Assembly: GCA_964016885.1 (NCBI GenBank)
Contig: CAXHJY010001554.1
Location: forward strand, 1-64,000
Reading direction: 5' to 3'
Source of the DNA: Eledone cirrhosa
Lineage: Eukaryota
DNA: 64,000 nt
The notes below the pieces were generated by a model. The model was not told the origin of the DNA and did not search any database. It saw nothing but the letters and a program-made list of their open reading frames with translations. Within the stretch, counting starts at the first letter, position 1; each line of letters opens with the position of its first letter. The translations under genes were made by a program, and so were the position numbers. Positions 46,878 through 61,700 of this stretch are shown piece by piece.

Positions 46878-48611
46878 CTAGCAGCTGATCCCGGTTGCAC
46901 CCGGGGCCACTTTTTATTAAGTTAATAATTTGAAAAATATTATTGAAAGTTTATTATAAAGAAGCAGTTTCAGGAAAAAAAAATAGAAATATGCACTTGG
47001 GGCTGGACGGCGTACAATAAGAAGTGAAGCGACGTGAAAAGCGTTGTTTATTAACAGCGAAATAGCAATGTCGATGATATGCAATTTGAAAAATACTACT
47101 TACTGTTAGTGGTGGTTAACATGTATTAGAATTAAAATAAAAACACGCGTCCCTTCTTCGCAATTTAAGGGTTTAGCGATACTTGGTTTTAGTGTCCTAA
47201 ATTATCATTATCGACATTCAATTATTAGCTCCACCCACTACACGATACGTCACGACACGTCATCAGCTGATGCTTGATTTTTACATGTTCATTTTCTTAC
47301 ATGCTACATTTTTACACGAAAAAACATTGAATTTTTAGAATAAATATTTATTAAAATATTAAGAGAAAATTAGATTTTTGATTTATTTTTTGAACAAAAT
47401 AAATATTTATTTACAGTTTTTCACAGAAAAACTATGCTTCATTTTTACATGAATATTTATTTACAGGTTTTAACAGAAAAAAAAATTGCTGCGAAATCCA
47501 TTTTTTTTTAACACACGATACGTCACGAAGGTAAATGTTTCGAAAAAATGTTAAACTGTATATCGCAACAATATATTGTTTAAAGAAATTTTTTTTCTGT
47601 TGTTTAAAACTGTAAATCTGTTAAAAAAATGTATTTAACCGAAACACTATGCTTCATTTTTACATGAATATTTATTTACAGTTTTTAACAGAAAAAAATT
47701 GCTGCGAAATACATTTTTTTTAAACAGATTTACAGTTTTTAACAACAGAAAAAAAATTTCTTTAAACAATATATTGTTGCGATATACAGTTTAACATTTT
47801 TTCGAAACATTTTTTCGAAACATTTACCTTCGTGGCGTATCTTGTAGTGGGTGGAGCTAATAATTGAATGTCGATGATGATAATTTAGGACACTAAAACC
47901 AAGTATCGCCAAGTATTATTTCTTTTGATGGCGGTGGATTGGCAGTATCGGTAGAAGGTCGGACGCCATGCTTTCTAGCATAGTTACGCCCCTTTACGAT
48001 TTGAGTTCAAATCCCGCCGAGGTTGACTTTGCCTTTCATCCTGACGGGGTCGATAAAATAAAGTACCAGTAATGCACTGGGTAATTGCTGGCCTTGTGCC
48101 TAAAGTAGAAACAATTATTTCTTTTGATGGAAAACAGTGACCGTACTGCAGAATTGATTTCATAAAACTTAACTGTATGATCGTTAAATGTAAAAGGATG
48201 ATAGTTTATTAACAGCGAAATAGCAATGTCGATGATATGCAAGTTTAAAAATGCATATTATGAAGGTTTGTATGATAGTTTACACTTTTTCCTGAAACTG
48301 CTTCTTTATAATAAACTTTCAATAATATTTTTCAAATTATTGGTACTGTATGTTAACAGCGAAAGAACGTTGATGAAATTGTAAATAAGACAAAAGTATT
48401 AGAACAGGGGGAAATAACTCACCGAACGTGATAGTTTTGGGGCTCCAGGGACCACATTTTTCAAGTTAGAGATTTGAGACCTCGTCTATTTGCTTCTTTG
48501 GCACTTTTTACATAGGTGTGTAAATTTTCATGTCAGTCCGACCACGTCTACTACCATTTAACCGTGCACATTTGAATTTCAACCACCGCTATTTCACAAA
48601 TATATATTAGA
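46878..48611 (-). mobile_element. Non-autonomous Helitron
   Basis: The minus strand starts A|TC and ends CCCGG-gtgcaa-CCGGG-atcagctg-CTAG|T: canonical termini, subterminal hairpin and AT target. Confidence 0.72.
47930..48113 (+). mobile_element. tRNA-derived SINE (Meta-domain-like) with 15-bp TSD
   Basis: B box GAGTTCAAATCC; GCCTTTCATCC..GGGGTCGATAAA; TSD ATTATTTCTTTTGAT at 47915 and 48114. Confidence 0.85.
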
Positions 48612-49289
48612 TAAGCAAGTATTGCACCAAGAAAAATAAAATGTCGGATGAAGAAATTTGGAATTTATTTGCTTTGATATATAATACACACACACGTGTG
48701 TGTGTGCGTGTGTGCGTGTGCGTGTGCGTGTGCGTGTGTGTGTGCGCGCGCGCGCTTTGTTTTTGTATTTGTTTTATAAGATTTCTTATCTGAAACTATG
48801 TGTTTAAACAGATATTGTTATACATTGGGAGGATCATGTTCCCAATAAAAACACCCGCACCAGTTGTATTCGCTTCAATTTATTATAAATCTCTGGTTGT
48901 TTGAATAACTGGAGGGTTGTTTATTTGTAATTGTCATTAATTTTAGTATCAACCTAACCGTTTAGTTTTGAGGAAACTGACGCAGATCTGACTAATGTGT
49001 TCTGCCCAGGCCACCTTGTCGCCTATTAGGTTCACTCCTACTAATATATATATTGGTCACTCTACCAATATATATATTGGTCACTCTACCAATATCTATA
49101 TTGGTCACTCTACCAATATCTATATTGGTCACTCTACCAATATCTATATTGGTCACTCTACCAATATATATATATATTGGTCACTTTACCAATATATATA
49201 TTGGTCACTCTACCAATATATATATTGGTCACTCTACCAATATATATATTGGTCACTACCAATATATATATATTGGTCACTCCACCTAC

Positions 49290-49697
49290 TTGTGGATATG
49301 GTGTGGTGTGCGGTCGCCGGAAGCTGAGGAGTGGTCGACCGGAAGAGTGCTTGACCGGAAGGGTTCTTGACCGGAAGGGTGCTCGACTGGAAGGACCAGC
49401 AGGTCGGTCGCTCTCTCTAGTAGTGGACGTCAGTTTTGTACGCACGTGGAAGACAAGAAACCAACCATGGGATCTAGCGGCGCCTGTAAAGGGCGGTAAG
49501 TGAGGCAGCTTCTTCTAACCACTATTTCAGCCTTTCCCAAAATGGTCTTGAGGACTGCCGCCATGATCTTCGGTGCGGAGCTCAGCCCGAAACCGAGCCT
49601 GGTCAGGCAATATGTCCGGCCCTTATACCTGACCAGCTGATACTGCCAGAGTTTCTCATCTATATGCAATTGCAAGTATGCCGACTTTAGATCTACG
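49290..49697. mobile_element. LTR-retrotransposon remnant, with an RT fragment on minus at ~49500-49699
   Basis: IVDLKSAYLQLHIDEKLWQYQLVRYKGRTYCLTRLGFGLSSAPKIM corresponds to LTR-type RT motifs A and B. Confidence 0.7.
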
Positions 49698-50254
49698 ATT
49701 GGTCACTCCACCTACTAATATATATATTGGTCACCTCACCTACTAATATATATATTGGTCTCTCCACCAATTAATGTATATACTGGTCACTCCACCTACT
49801 AATATATTGGTCACTCCACCTACTAATATATATATTAGTCACTCCACCTACTAATATATATATTGGTCACCTCACCTACTAATATATATATTGGTCACTT
49901 CATCTACTAATATATATACTGGTCACTCCACCTACTAATATATATACTGGTCACTCCACCTACTAATATATATATTAGTCACTCCACCTACTAATATATA
50001 TATTGGTCACCTCACCTACTAATATATATATTGGTCACTCCACCTACTAATATATATATTGGCACTGCTACTAATATATATATTAGTCACTCCACCTACT
50101 AATATATATATTGGTGGCCTCTCCTACTAATATATATATTTATCACCGCACGTACTAATATATATATTGGTCACTCCACCTACTAATATATATATTGGTC
50201 AGCTCACCTAATAATATATATATTGGTCACTCCACCTAATATATATATTGGTCA

Positions 50255-50839
50255 TGTAGCAGGAGTTGCCTCCCTTGTTGTGACACTCACATCACCAATA
50301 GCTTAACGCTCTCTAGATAGGAAGTAGAACCCTTTCTGTAACTTCCGGCAGAACCCTATAAAGGGAATAACTTTAAGCTCTCTACCTCTCATTTGCCTGT
50401 TCGGCTCCTGGCCTTCGGCCAGGCGCGTTTGCCTGGAGACCAAACGGTAACTAATAATTTTGCTTCATTCTCTCATCTATTCATTGACATGTCAACTATA
50501 CTGTTCTATATATCCACAAATTGTTAATTAAATATTATACACACAAACCACGTCTCATGTTATACTTATAACAAAATACTGGGTTGTATAAGTATAACAT
50601 GAGACGTGGTTTGTGGATATATAGAACAGTATAGTTGACATGTCAATGAATAGATGAGAGAATGAAGCAAAGTTATTAGTTACCGTTCGGTCGCCGGGCA
50701 AATGAGAGGTAGGGAGCTTAAAGTTATTCCCTTTATAGGGTTCTGCCGGAAGTTACAGAAAGGGTTCTACTTCCTATCTAGAGAGCGTTAATATATTGGT
50801 GATGTGAGTGTCACAACAAGGGAGGCAACTCCTGCTACA
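50255..50839. mobile_element. Two inverted LTR-like units (50255-50573 plus; 50585-50839 minus)
   Basis: TG...CA ends, CCCTATAAA(A)GGG TATA-like box and ATTAAA; the arms are reverse complements with indels. Confidence 0.7.
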
Positions 50840-51860
50840 TTATCCCCCGCCAGATTTTTAAAATATAAAAATCGAATGAAATATGTATGTAGTAAGTTGG
50901 CGAGAATGTTGTAACAGGCATGAAAATTACGAAAAAACTAATGTTTGCAATAATCAATGATAGAGAACGACTGGACATCTCTCTATCCATCACCCAAAGA
51001 TACAATGTAATCAAAGTAAGAAAAGAGCTCAAAGTTCAAATGTTCAAAATGCAGTTCACAGGTGTGCAATCACATGACAGCATGAAAGAAAGTGTGTTCC
51101 AGAGAATAAATGCAGGTGGTTTCTGTTCTGTGGTATAACGTGAAATTTCCAACCTCCGAATGGATTTTCTCACAGGAAGAGTGCTGCAAAAATAAATTCT
51201 CTGGCTTGTTCTGCTGGTTTTGGTTGTTGATGAAGCTGTGTTGCTGTTGATGTTGTTGTCTCGCGGGGTGAGCGTATTCGATGTTTAAATTCACAGGAAA
51301 AAACTTTTTCAGAAAAAATGAGTTGCGCAAAGTGCTAGAAATAACAGACGAAGTTGATGGTCGATGTTGAGAATGCGTTGACCTGGAAGGGTCAAGAGGC
51401 CAAAGAAATGAGCATTCTGAATAAATGTGCAGTTTTCAACGGCAAATTTACGTGGTAAATTTTTAAACCGGCAAATAGGAGAATATAGCTTAAGGCTGGA
51501 GAATCCTTGGCGAGAAACGTTATCTCATGGCGTGTGGTTATCTCCGTAAGTCGAGAATTTTGCTGCCTACACGTGCCAAAACAAGGTTAAAAAAAAAATT
51601 TCTATTGCACGAGAAAATGGCGCGAAAAAGATAGTGCAACAGGCCGTTGGCAGCCATTTTGAAAAAAATGTGTGTGTGAAAGTGACAATGATGAAAAAGA
51701 AAGAAAGTCTTGACTTAGTATAACGAATATGGCGAGTTCAATTTTATTATTTTTTTTTTTTTTTGTGTATAATATTTAATTAATAATTTGTGGATATATA
51801 GAACAGTATAGTTGACATGTCAATGAATAGATGAGAGAATGAAGCAAAGTTGTTGGTTAC
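50585..51860 (-). mobile_element. Possible short non-autonomous LTR element (partial 5' LTR ~51765-51860, internal segment, PPT, 3' LTR)
   Basis: The minus strand has GGCGGGGGATAA immediately before TGTAGCAGG; 51789-51860 repeats 50612-50683. Confidence 0.55.
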
Positions 51861-54486
51861 TAATATATATATTGGTCACCTCACCTACTAATATATATAT
51901 ATTAGTCACTCCACTTACTAATATATATATTGGTCACTCCACCTGCTAATATATATACATTGGTAACTCCACCTACTAATATATATATTGGTCACCTCAC
52001 CTACTAATATATATATTGGTCACTCCACCTACTAATATATATATTGGTCACTCCACCTACTAATATATATATTGGTTACCTCTCCTACTAATATATATAT
52101 TGGTCACTCCACCTACTGATATATATATTGGTCACTCCACCTACTAATATATATATTGGTCACCTCATCTAATATATATTTTGGTCACTCCACCTACTAA
52201 TATATATCTATATTGGTCACCTCACCTACAATATATCTATATTGGTCACTCCACCTACTAATATATATATTGGTCACTCCACCTACTAATATATATATTG
52301 GTCACTCAACCTACTAATATATATATTAGTCACTCAACCTACTAATATATATATATTGGTTACTCAACCTACTAATATATATATTAGTCACTCCACCTAC
52401 TAATATATATATTGGCACTGCTACTAATATATATATTGGTCACTCCACCTACTCATATATATATTGGTCACCTCACCTACTAATATATATATTGGTCACT
52501 CCACCTACTAATATATATATTGGTCACTCAACCTACTAATATATATATATTGGTTACTCAACCTACTAATATATATATTAGTCACTCCACCTACTAATAT
52601 ATATATTGGCACTGCTACTAATATATATATTGGTCACTCCACCTACTCATATATATATTGGTCACCTCACCTACTAATATATATATTGGTCACCTCACCT
52701 ACTAATATATATATATTAGTCACCTCACCTACTAATATATATATATATTGGTCACCTCACCTACTAATATATATATATTAGTCACCAAACCTACTAATAT
52801 ATATATATTAGTCACCTCACCTACTAATATATATATATATTGGTCACCTCACCTACTAATATATATATTGGTCACTCCACCTATTAATATATATATTGGT
52901 GGCCTCTCCTACTAATATATATATTGGTCTCTCCGTCTACTAATATATATATTGGTCACCTCACCTACTAATATATATATTGGTCTCTCCACCTACTAAT
53001 ATATATATTGGTCACTCCACCTACTAATATATATGTATATTGGTCACTTCACGTACTAATATATATATTGGTCACCTAACCAACTAATATATATATTGGT
53101 CACCTCACCTACTAATATATAGATTGGTCACTCTACTAATATATATATTGGTCACCTCACCTACTAATATATATATATATTGGTCACCTCAACTACTAAT
53201 ATATATATTGGTCCCCTCACATACTAATATATATATTGGTCACCTCACCTACTAATATATATATTGGTCACTCCAACGACTAATATATATATCGGTCACT
53301 CCACCTACTAATATATATATATTGGTCACCTCACCTACTAATATATATATATTGGTCACCTCACCTACTAATATATATATATTGGTCACCTCACCTACTA
53401 ATATATATATTGGTCACTCCACCTACTAATATATATATCGGTCACTCCACCTACTAATATATATATATTGGTCACCTCACCTACAAATATATATATTGGT
53501 CACTCCACCTACTAATATATATATCGGTCACTCCACCTACTAATATATATATATTGGTCACCTCACCTACAAATATATATATTGGTCACTCCACCTACTA
53601 ATATATATATTGGTCACTCCACCTACTAATATACATATTAGTCACCTCACCTACTAATATATATATTGGTCACCTCATCTACTAATATATATATTGGTCA
53701 CCTCACCTACTAATATATATATATATTGGTCACTCTACCTACTAATATATATATTGGTCACCTCACATACTAATATAAATATTGGTCACCTCACCTACTA
53801 ATATATAGATTGGTCACTCTACTAATATATAAATTGGTCACATCACCTAATATATATATATATATTGGTCACTCTACCTACTAATATATATATTGGTCAC
53901 CTCACATACTAATATAAATATTGGTCACCTCACCTACTAATATATAGATTGGTCACTCTACTAATATATATATTGGTCACCTCACCTACTAATATATATA
54001 TATATTGGTCACCTCACCTACTAATATATATATTGGTCTCTCCACCTACTAATATATATATTGGTCACCTCACCTACTAATATATATATTGGTCACTCCA
54101 CCAACTAATATATATATTAGTCACTCCACCAACTAATGTATATATTGGTCACCTCACCTACTAATGTATATATTGGTCACTCCACCTACTAATATATATT
54201 GGTCACTCCACCTACTAACATATATATTGGTCACCTCACCTACTAATATATATATTGGTCACCCCACCTACTAATATATATATTAGTCACCTCACCTACT
54301 AATATATATATTGGTCATTCCACCTACTAATATATATATTGGTCATTCCACCTACTAATATATATATTGGTCACCTCACCTACTATTATATATATTGGTC
54401 ACTCCACCTACTAATATATATATTGGTCACTCCACCTACTAATATATATATTGGTCACCTCACCTACTATTATATATATTAGTCAC

Positions 54487-54672
54487 GGCGGTGGATTGGC
54501 AGTATCGGTAGAGGGTCTGACGCTATGCTTTGCAGCAAAGAGTTACGCCCCTTTATGGTTTGAGTTCAAATCCCACCGAGGTTAACTTTGCCTTTCATCC
54601 TTACGGGGTCGATAAAATAAAGTACCAGTAATGCACTGGATAATTGCTGGCCTTGTGCCAAAAGCAGAAACA
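54487..54672 (+). mobile_element. Second copy of the Meta-like SINE, inserted in the minisatellite, 18-bp TSD
   Basis: Highly similar to 47930-48113; ATTATATATATTAGTCAC at 54469 and 54673. Confidence 0.85.
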
Positions 54673-55711
54673 ATTATATATATTAGTCACTCCACCTACT
54701 AATATATATATATTGGTCACTCCAATTACTAATATATATATTGGTCACTCCACCTACTAATATATATATTGGTCACCTCACATACTAATATAAATATTGG
54801 TCACTCCACCTACTAATATATATATTAGTCACTCCATTTATTAATATATATATTGGTCACTCCACCTACTAGTATATATATTGGTCACTCCACCTACTAA
54901 TATATATTAGTCACTCCACCTACTTACATATATATTGGTCACCTCACCTACTATTATATATATTAGTCCCTCCACCTACTAATTTATATATTGGTGGCCT
55001 CTACTACTAATATATATATATCGGTCACTTCACATACTGATATATATATATTGATCACTCCACCTACTAATATATATATTAGTCACCTCACCTACTAATA
55101 TATATATTTGTCACCTCACTTACTAATATATATATTAGTCCCTCCACCTACTAATATATACTGGTCACTCCACCTACTAATATATATATTGGTCACAATA
55201 CCTACTAATATATATATTAGTCCCTCCACCTACTAATATATATATATTAGTCCCTCCACCTACTAATATATATATTGATCACCTCACATATTGATATATA
55301 TATATTGGTCACTCCACCTACTAATATATATATTGGTCACTCCACCTACTAATATAGATATTGGTCACTCCAACTACTAATGTATATATTAGTCCCACCT
55401 ACTAATATATATATTGGTCTCTCCACCTACTAATATATATATTGATCTCTCCAACTACTAATATATATATTGATCTCTCAACCTACTAATATATATATTG
55501 ATCTGTCCACCTACTAATATATATATTGTTCACTCCACCTACTAATATATATATTGGGCACTCCACCTACTAATATATATTGGTCACTCCACCTACTAAT
55601 ATGTATATATTGGTTACACCACCTACTAATATATATATTAGTCACTCCACCTACTAATATATATATTAGTCACTCCACCTACTAATATATATATTGGTCA
55701 CACCACATACT

Positions 55712-58700
55712 AATAAACTATGTTACTCAGGTAAACTATATTATGAGGTAAACTATATTAATGAGGTAAACTATGTTACTCAGGTAAACAATGTTACTAA
55801 GGTAAACTATATTACTCAGGTAAACTATGTTACTGAGGTAAACTATATTACTCAGGTAAACTATGGTACTCAGCTAAACTATATTACTGAGGCAAACTAT
55901 ATTACTCAGGTAAACTAGATTACTGAGGTAAATTATATTACTCAGGTAAACTATGTTACTCAGGTAAACTATGTTACTCAGGTAAACTATGTTACTCAGG
56001 TAAACTAGATTACTGAGGTAAACTATGTTACTCAGGTAAACTATGGTACTCAGCTAAACTATATTACTGAGTCAAACTATGTTACTCAAGTAAACTATGC
56101 TACTTAGGTAAACTATATTACGGAGGTAAACTATATTACGGAGGTAAACTATATTACTGAGGTAAACTATATTACTGAGGTAAACTATATTACGGAGGTA
56201 AACTATATTACTCAGGTAAACTATATTACGGAGGTAAACTATATTACGGAGGTAAACTATATTACGGAGGTAAACTATATTACGGAGGTAAACTATATTA
56301 CGGAGGTAAACTATATTACTCAGGTAAACTATATTACTCAGGTAAACTATATTACTGAGGTAAACTATATTACGGAGGTAAACTATATTACGGAGGTAAA
56401 CTATATTACGGAGGTAAACTATATTACTCAGGTAAACTATATTACTCAGGTAAACTATATTACTCAGGTAAACTATATTACACAGGTAAACTATATTACT
56501 CAGGTAAACTATATTACTGAGGTAAACTATATTACTGAGGTAAACTATATTACTCAAGTAAATTATGTCACTCAGGTCAACTATATTACTGAGGTAAACT
56601 ATTACTCAGGCAAACTATATTACTCAGGCAAACTATATTACTCAGGTAAACTATATTACTCAGGTAAACTATATTACTGAGGTAAACTATGTTACTGAGG
56701 TAAACTATATTACTCAAGTAAATTATGTCACTCAGGTAAACTATATTACTCAGGTAAACTATATTACTCAGGTAAACTATATTACTCAGGTAAACTATAT
56801 TACTCAGGTAAACTATATTACTGAGGTAAACTATATTACTCAGGCAAACTATATTACTCAGGTAAACTATATTACTGAGGTAAACTATATTACTCAGGCA
56901 AACTATATTACTCAGGTAAACTATATTACTCAGGTAAACTATATTACTGAGGTAAACTATATTACTCAGGCAAACTATATTACTCAGGCAAACTATATTA
57001 CTCAAGTAAATTATGTCACTCAGGTCAACTATATTATTGAGGTAAACTATATTACTCAGGCAAACTATATTACTCAGGTAAACTATATTACTCAGGTAAA
57101 CTATATTATTCAGGTAAATTATGTCACTCAGGGAAACTATATTACTGAGGTAAACTATATTACTCACGTAAACTATATTACTCAGGTAAACTATATTACT
57201 CAGGTAAGTTATGTCACTCAGGGAAACTATATTACTGGAATAAACTATATTACTGAGGTAAAATATATTACTGAGGTAAACTATATTACTGAGGTAAACT
57301 CTATTACTCAGTTAAAGTATGTTACTCAGGTAAACTCTATTACTCAGGTAAACTATGTTACTCAGCTAAACTTTGTTACTAAGGTAAACAATGTTACTCA
57401 GGTAACTATATTACTCCCCTAAATTATATTGCACAGGTAAATTATATTACTGAGGTAAAGTATGTTACTGAGGTAAACTGTATTACACAGGTAAACTATA
57501 TCACTCAGGTAAACTATATTACTGAGTTAAACTATGTCACTCAGGTAAACTATATTACTGGCGTAAACTATATTACTCAGGTAAACTATATTACTCAGGT
57601 AAACTATATTACACAGGTAAACTATGTTACTCAGGTAAACTATATTACTCAGGTAAACTATATTACTCAGGTAAACTATATTACTCAGGTAAACTATGTC
57701 ACTCAGGTAAACTATATTACTGAGGTAAACTATATTACTGAGGTACACTATATTACTGAGGTAAACATTATTTCTCACGTATACTATGTTGCTCCGGTAA
57801 ACTATACTCAGGTAAACTATATTACTCAGGTAAACTATATTACTGAGCTAAACTATATTGCTCAGGTAAACTATATTACTCAGGCAAACAATATTACTCA
57901 GGTAAAGTAGATTACTGAGGTACACTATATTACTGAGGTAAACTAGATTACTGAGGTACACTATATTACTGAGGTAAATCATATTACTCAGGTAAACTAT
58001 ATTACTCAGGTAAACTATATTACTCAGGTAAACTATGTTAATCAGGTAACTTTGTTACTCAGGTAAACTTTGTTACTCAGGTAAACTATGTTACTGAGGT
58101 AACTATATTACTCAGGTAAATTATATTACTCAGGTAAACTGTAACAGGTAAACTATATTACTGAGGTAAACTGTTACTCAGGTAAACTATATTACTCAGT
58201 TAAACTATATTACTCAGGTAATTATATTACACAGGTAAATTATATTACTGAGGTGAAGTATGTTACTGAGGTAAAATATGTTACTGAGGTAAACTATATT
58301 ACACAGGTAAACTATATTACTCAGGTAAACTATATTACTGAGTCAAACTATGTTACTCAGGTAAACTATGCAACTGAGGTAAACTTTATTACACAGGTAA
58401 ACTATATTACTGAGGTAAACTATATTACTGAGGTAAACTATATTACTCAGTTAAACAATATTACTCAGTTAAACTATATTACTCAGTTAAACTATATTAC
58501 TCAGGTAAACTATATTACTGAGGTAAACTATATTACTGAGGTAAACTATATTACTCAGGGAAACTATATTACTGGAGTAAACTATATTACTCGGGTAAAC
58601 TATATTACTCAGGTAAATTATGTCACTCACGGAAACTATATTACTGAGGTAAACTATTACTCAGGTAAACTATATTACTCAGTTAAAGTGTGTTACTGAG

Positions 58701-61700
58701 GTAAACTATATTACTGGGGTAAACTATATTACTCAGCTAAACTTTGTTACTCAGGTAAACAATGTTACTTAGGTAACTATATTACTGGCGTAAACTATAT
58801 TACACAGTTAAACTATATTACTCAGGTAAACTATACTCAGGTAAACTATATTACTCAGGTAAACTATATTACTCAGGTAAACTATATTACTCGGGTAAAC
58901 TATATTACACAGGTGTACTATATTACTGAGGTAAACATTATTTCTCACGTTTACTATGTTGCTCGGGTAAACTATATTACTCAGGTAAACTATATTACTC
59001 AGGGAAACTATATGACTGAGGTAAACGATATTACTCAGGTAAACTATATTACTCAGGTAAACTATGTTACTGAGGTAAACTATATTACTGAGGTACACTA
59101 TATTACTGAGGTAAACTATATTACTGAGGTAAACTATATTACTGAGGTAAACTATATTACTCAGGTAAACTATATTACTCAGATAAACTATGTTACTGAG
59201 ATAAACTATATTACTCAGGTAAATTATGGTACTCAGCTAAACTATATTACTTAGGCAAACTATATTACTGAGGTAAACTATATTACTGAGGTAAACTATA
59301 TTACTGAGGTAAACTATATTACACAGGTAAACTATATTACACAGGTAAACTATATTACTGAGGTAAACTATATTACTGAGGTAAACTATATTACTGAGGT
59401 AAACTATATTACTGAGGTAAACTATGTTAATCAGGTAAACTATGTTAATCAGGTAAACTCTGTTACTCAGGTAAACTTTGTTACTCAGGTAAACTTTGTT
59501 ACTCAGGTAAACTTTGTTACTCAGGTAAACTTTTTTACTCAGGTAAACTTTTTTACTCATTAAACTTTGTTACTCAGGTAAACTTTGTTACTCAGGTAAA
59601 CTATGTTACTGAGGTAACTATATTACTCAGGTAATTATATTACACAGGTAAATTATATTACTGAGGTGAAGCATGTTACTGAGGTAAAATATGTTACTGA
59701 GGTAAACTATATTACTGGCGTAAACTATATTACTCAGTTAAACTATATTACTCAGTTAAACTATATTACTCAGTTAAACTATATTACTGAGGTAAACTAT
59801 ATTACTCAGTTAAACTATATAATTGAGGTAAACTATGTTACTCAGGTAAACTATATTACTGAGGTAAACTATATTACTCGGGTAAACTATATTACTCGGG
59901 TAAATTATGTCACTCAGGTCAACTATATTACTGAGGTCAACTATATTACTCAGTTAAAGTATGTTACTCGGGTAAACTATATTACTGAGGTAACCTATAT
60001 TACTCATGTAAACTATGTTACTCAGCTAAACTTTGTTACTCAGGTAAACAATGTTACTGAGGTAACTATATTACTCAGGTAAATTATATTACACAGGTAA
60101 ATTATATTACTGAGGTAAAGTATGTTACTGAGGTAAACTGTATTACACAGTTAAACTATATCACTCAGGTAAACTATATTACACACGTATACTATATTAC
60201 TGAGGTAAACATTATTTCTCACGTAAACTATGTTGCTCGGGTAAACTATATTACTCAGGTAAACTATATTACTCAGGCAAACTATATTACTCAGGCAAAG
60301 TATATTACTCAGGCAAAGTATATTACTCAGGTAAACTATATTACTCAGGTAAACTATATTACTGGGGTAAACTATGTTACTCAGCTAAACTATATTACTC
60401 AGGTAAACTATGTTACTCAGCTAAACTGTTACTCAGGTAAACTATATTACTCAGGTAAACTATATTAATCAGGTAAACTATATTACTCAGGTAAACTATA
60501 TTACTGTGGTAAACTATATTACTGAGGTAAACTATATTACTGAGGTAAACTATATTACTGAGGTAAACTATGTTACTCAGCTAAACTATATTACTCAGGT
60601 GAACTATGTTACTCAGGTAAACTGTTACTCAGGTAAACTATATTACTGAGGTAAACTATGTTACTCAGGTAAACTATATTCTCAGGTAAACTATATTACT
60701 GATGTAAAGCATATTACTGAGGTAAACTATATTACTCAGGTAAACCATATTACTGAGGTAAAATATATTACTGAGGTAAAATATATTACTGAGGTAAACT
60801 ATATTACTCAGGTAAACTATATTACTCAGGTAAACTATGTTACTGAGGTAAACTATGTTACTGAGGTAAACTAAGTTACTCAGGTAAACTATGTAACTCA
60901 GGTAAACTATGTTACTCAGGTAAACTATAGTACTCAGGTAAACTATATTAGCGAGTCAAACTATATTACTCAGGTAAACTAGAATACTCAGGTAAACTAT
61001 GTTACTGAGGTAAACTATATTACTCAGGTAAATTATATTACACAGGTAAATTATATTACTGAGGTAAAGTATGTTACTGAGGTAAAATATGTTACTGAGG
61101 TAAAATATGTTACTGAGGTAAACTATATTACAGAGGTAAACTATATTACTCAGGTAAACTATATTACTCAGGTAAACTATATTACTGAGTCAAACTATAT
61201 TACTGAGTCAAATTATGTTACTCAGGTAAACTATGCTACTGAGGTAAACTATATTACTGGCGTAAACTATATTACTCAGGTAAACTATATTACTCAAACT
61301 ATATTACTGAGGTAAACTGTATTACTCAGTTAAACTATATTACTGAGGTAAACTATGTTAATCAGGTAAACAATGTTAATCAGGTAAACAATGTTAATCA
61401 GGTAAACAATGTTAATCAGGTAAACAATGTTAATCAGGTAAACTATATTACTCAGGTAAACTATATTACTGGGGTAAACTATATTACTCAGTTAAACTAT
61501 ATTACCCAGTTAAACTATATTACCCAGTTAAACTATATTACACAGGTAAACTATGTTACTCAGGTAAACTATATTACTCAGGTAAACTATATTACTCAGG
61601 TAAACTATATTACTCAGGTAAATTATATTACTCAGGTAAATTATATTACTCAGGTAAACTATATTCTCAGGAAAACTATATTACTCAGGTAAACTATATT

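Larger units (their letters stand above)
49030..55711. repeat. ~29-31-bp minisatellite (TATATATTGGTCACTCCACCTACTAA consensus), interrupted by inserted elements
   Basis: Well over a hundred visible tandem units; length varies in the TA tract. Confidence 0.95.

Noticed and set aside
50835-51330. Short ORFs within the LTR-like internal segment
   Set aside because: No recognisable gag or pol motifs.
49030-55711. CRISPR-like ~30-bp repeats
   Set aside because: Head-to-tail units without unique spacers, no cas genes, and a eukaryotic context.
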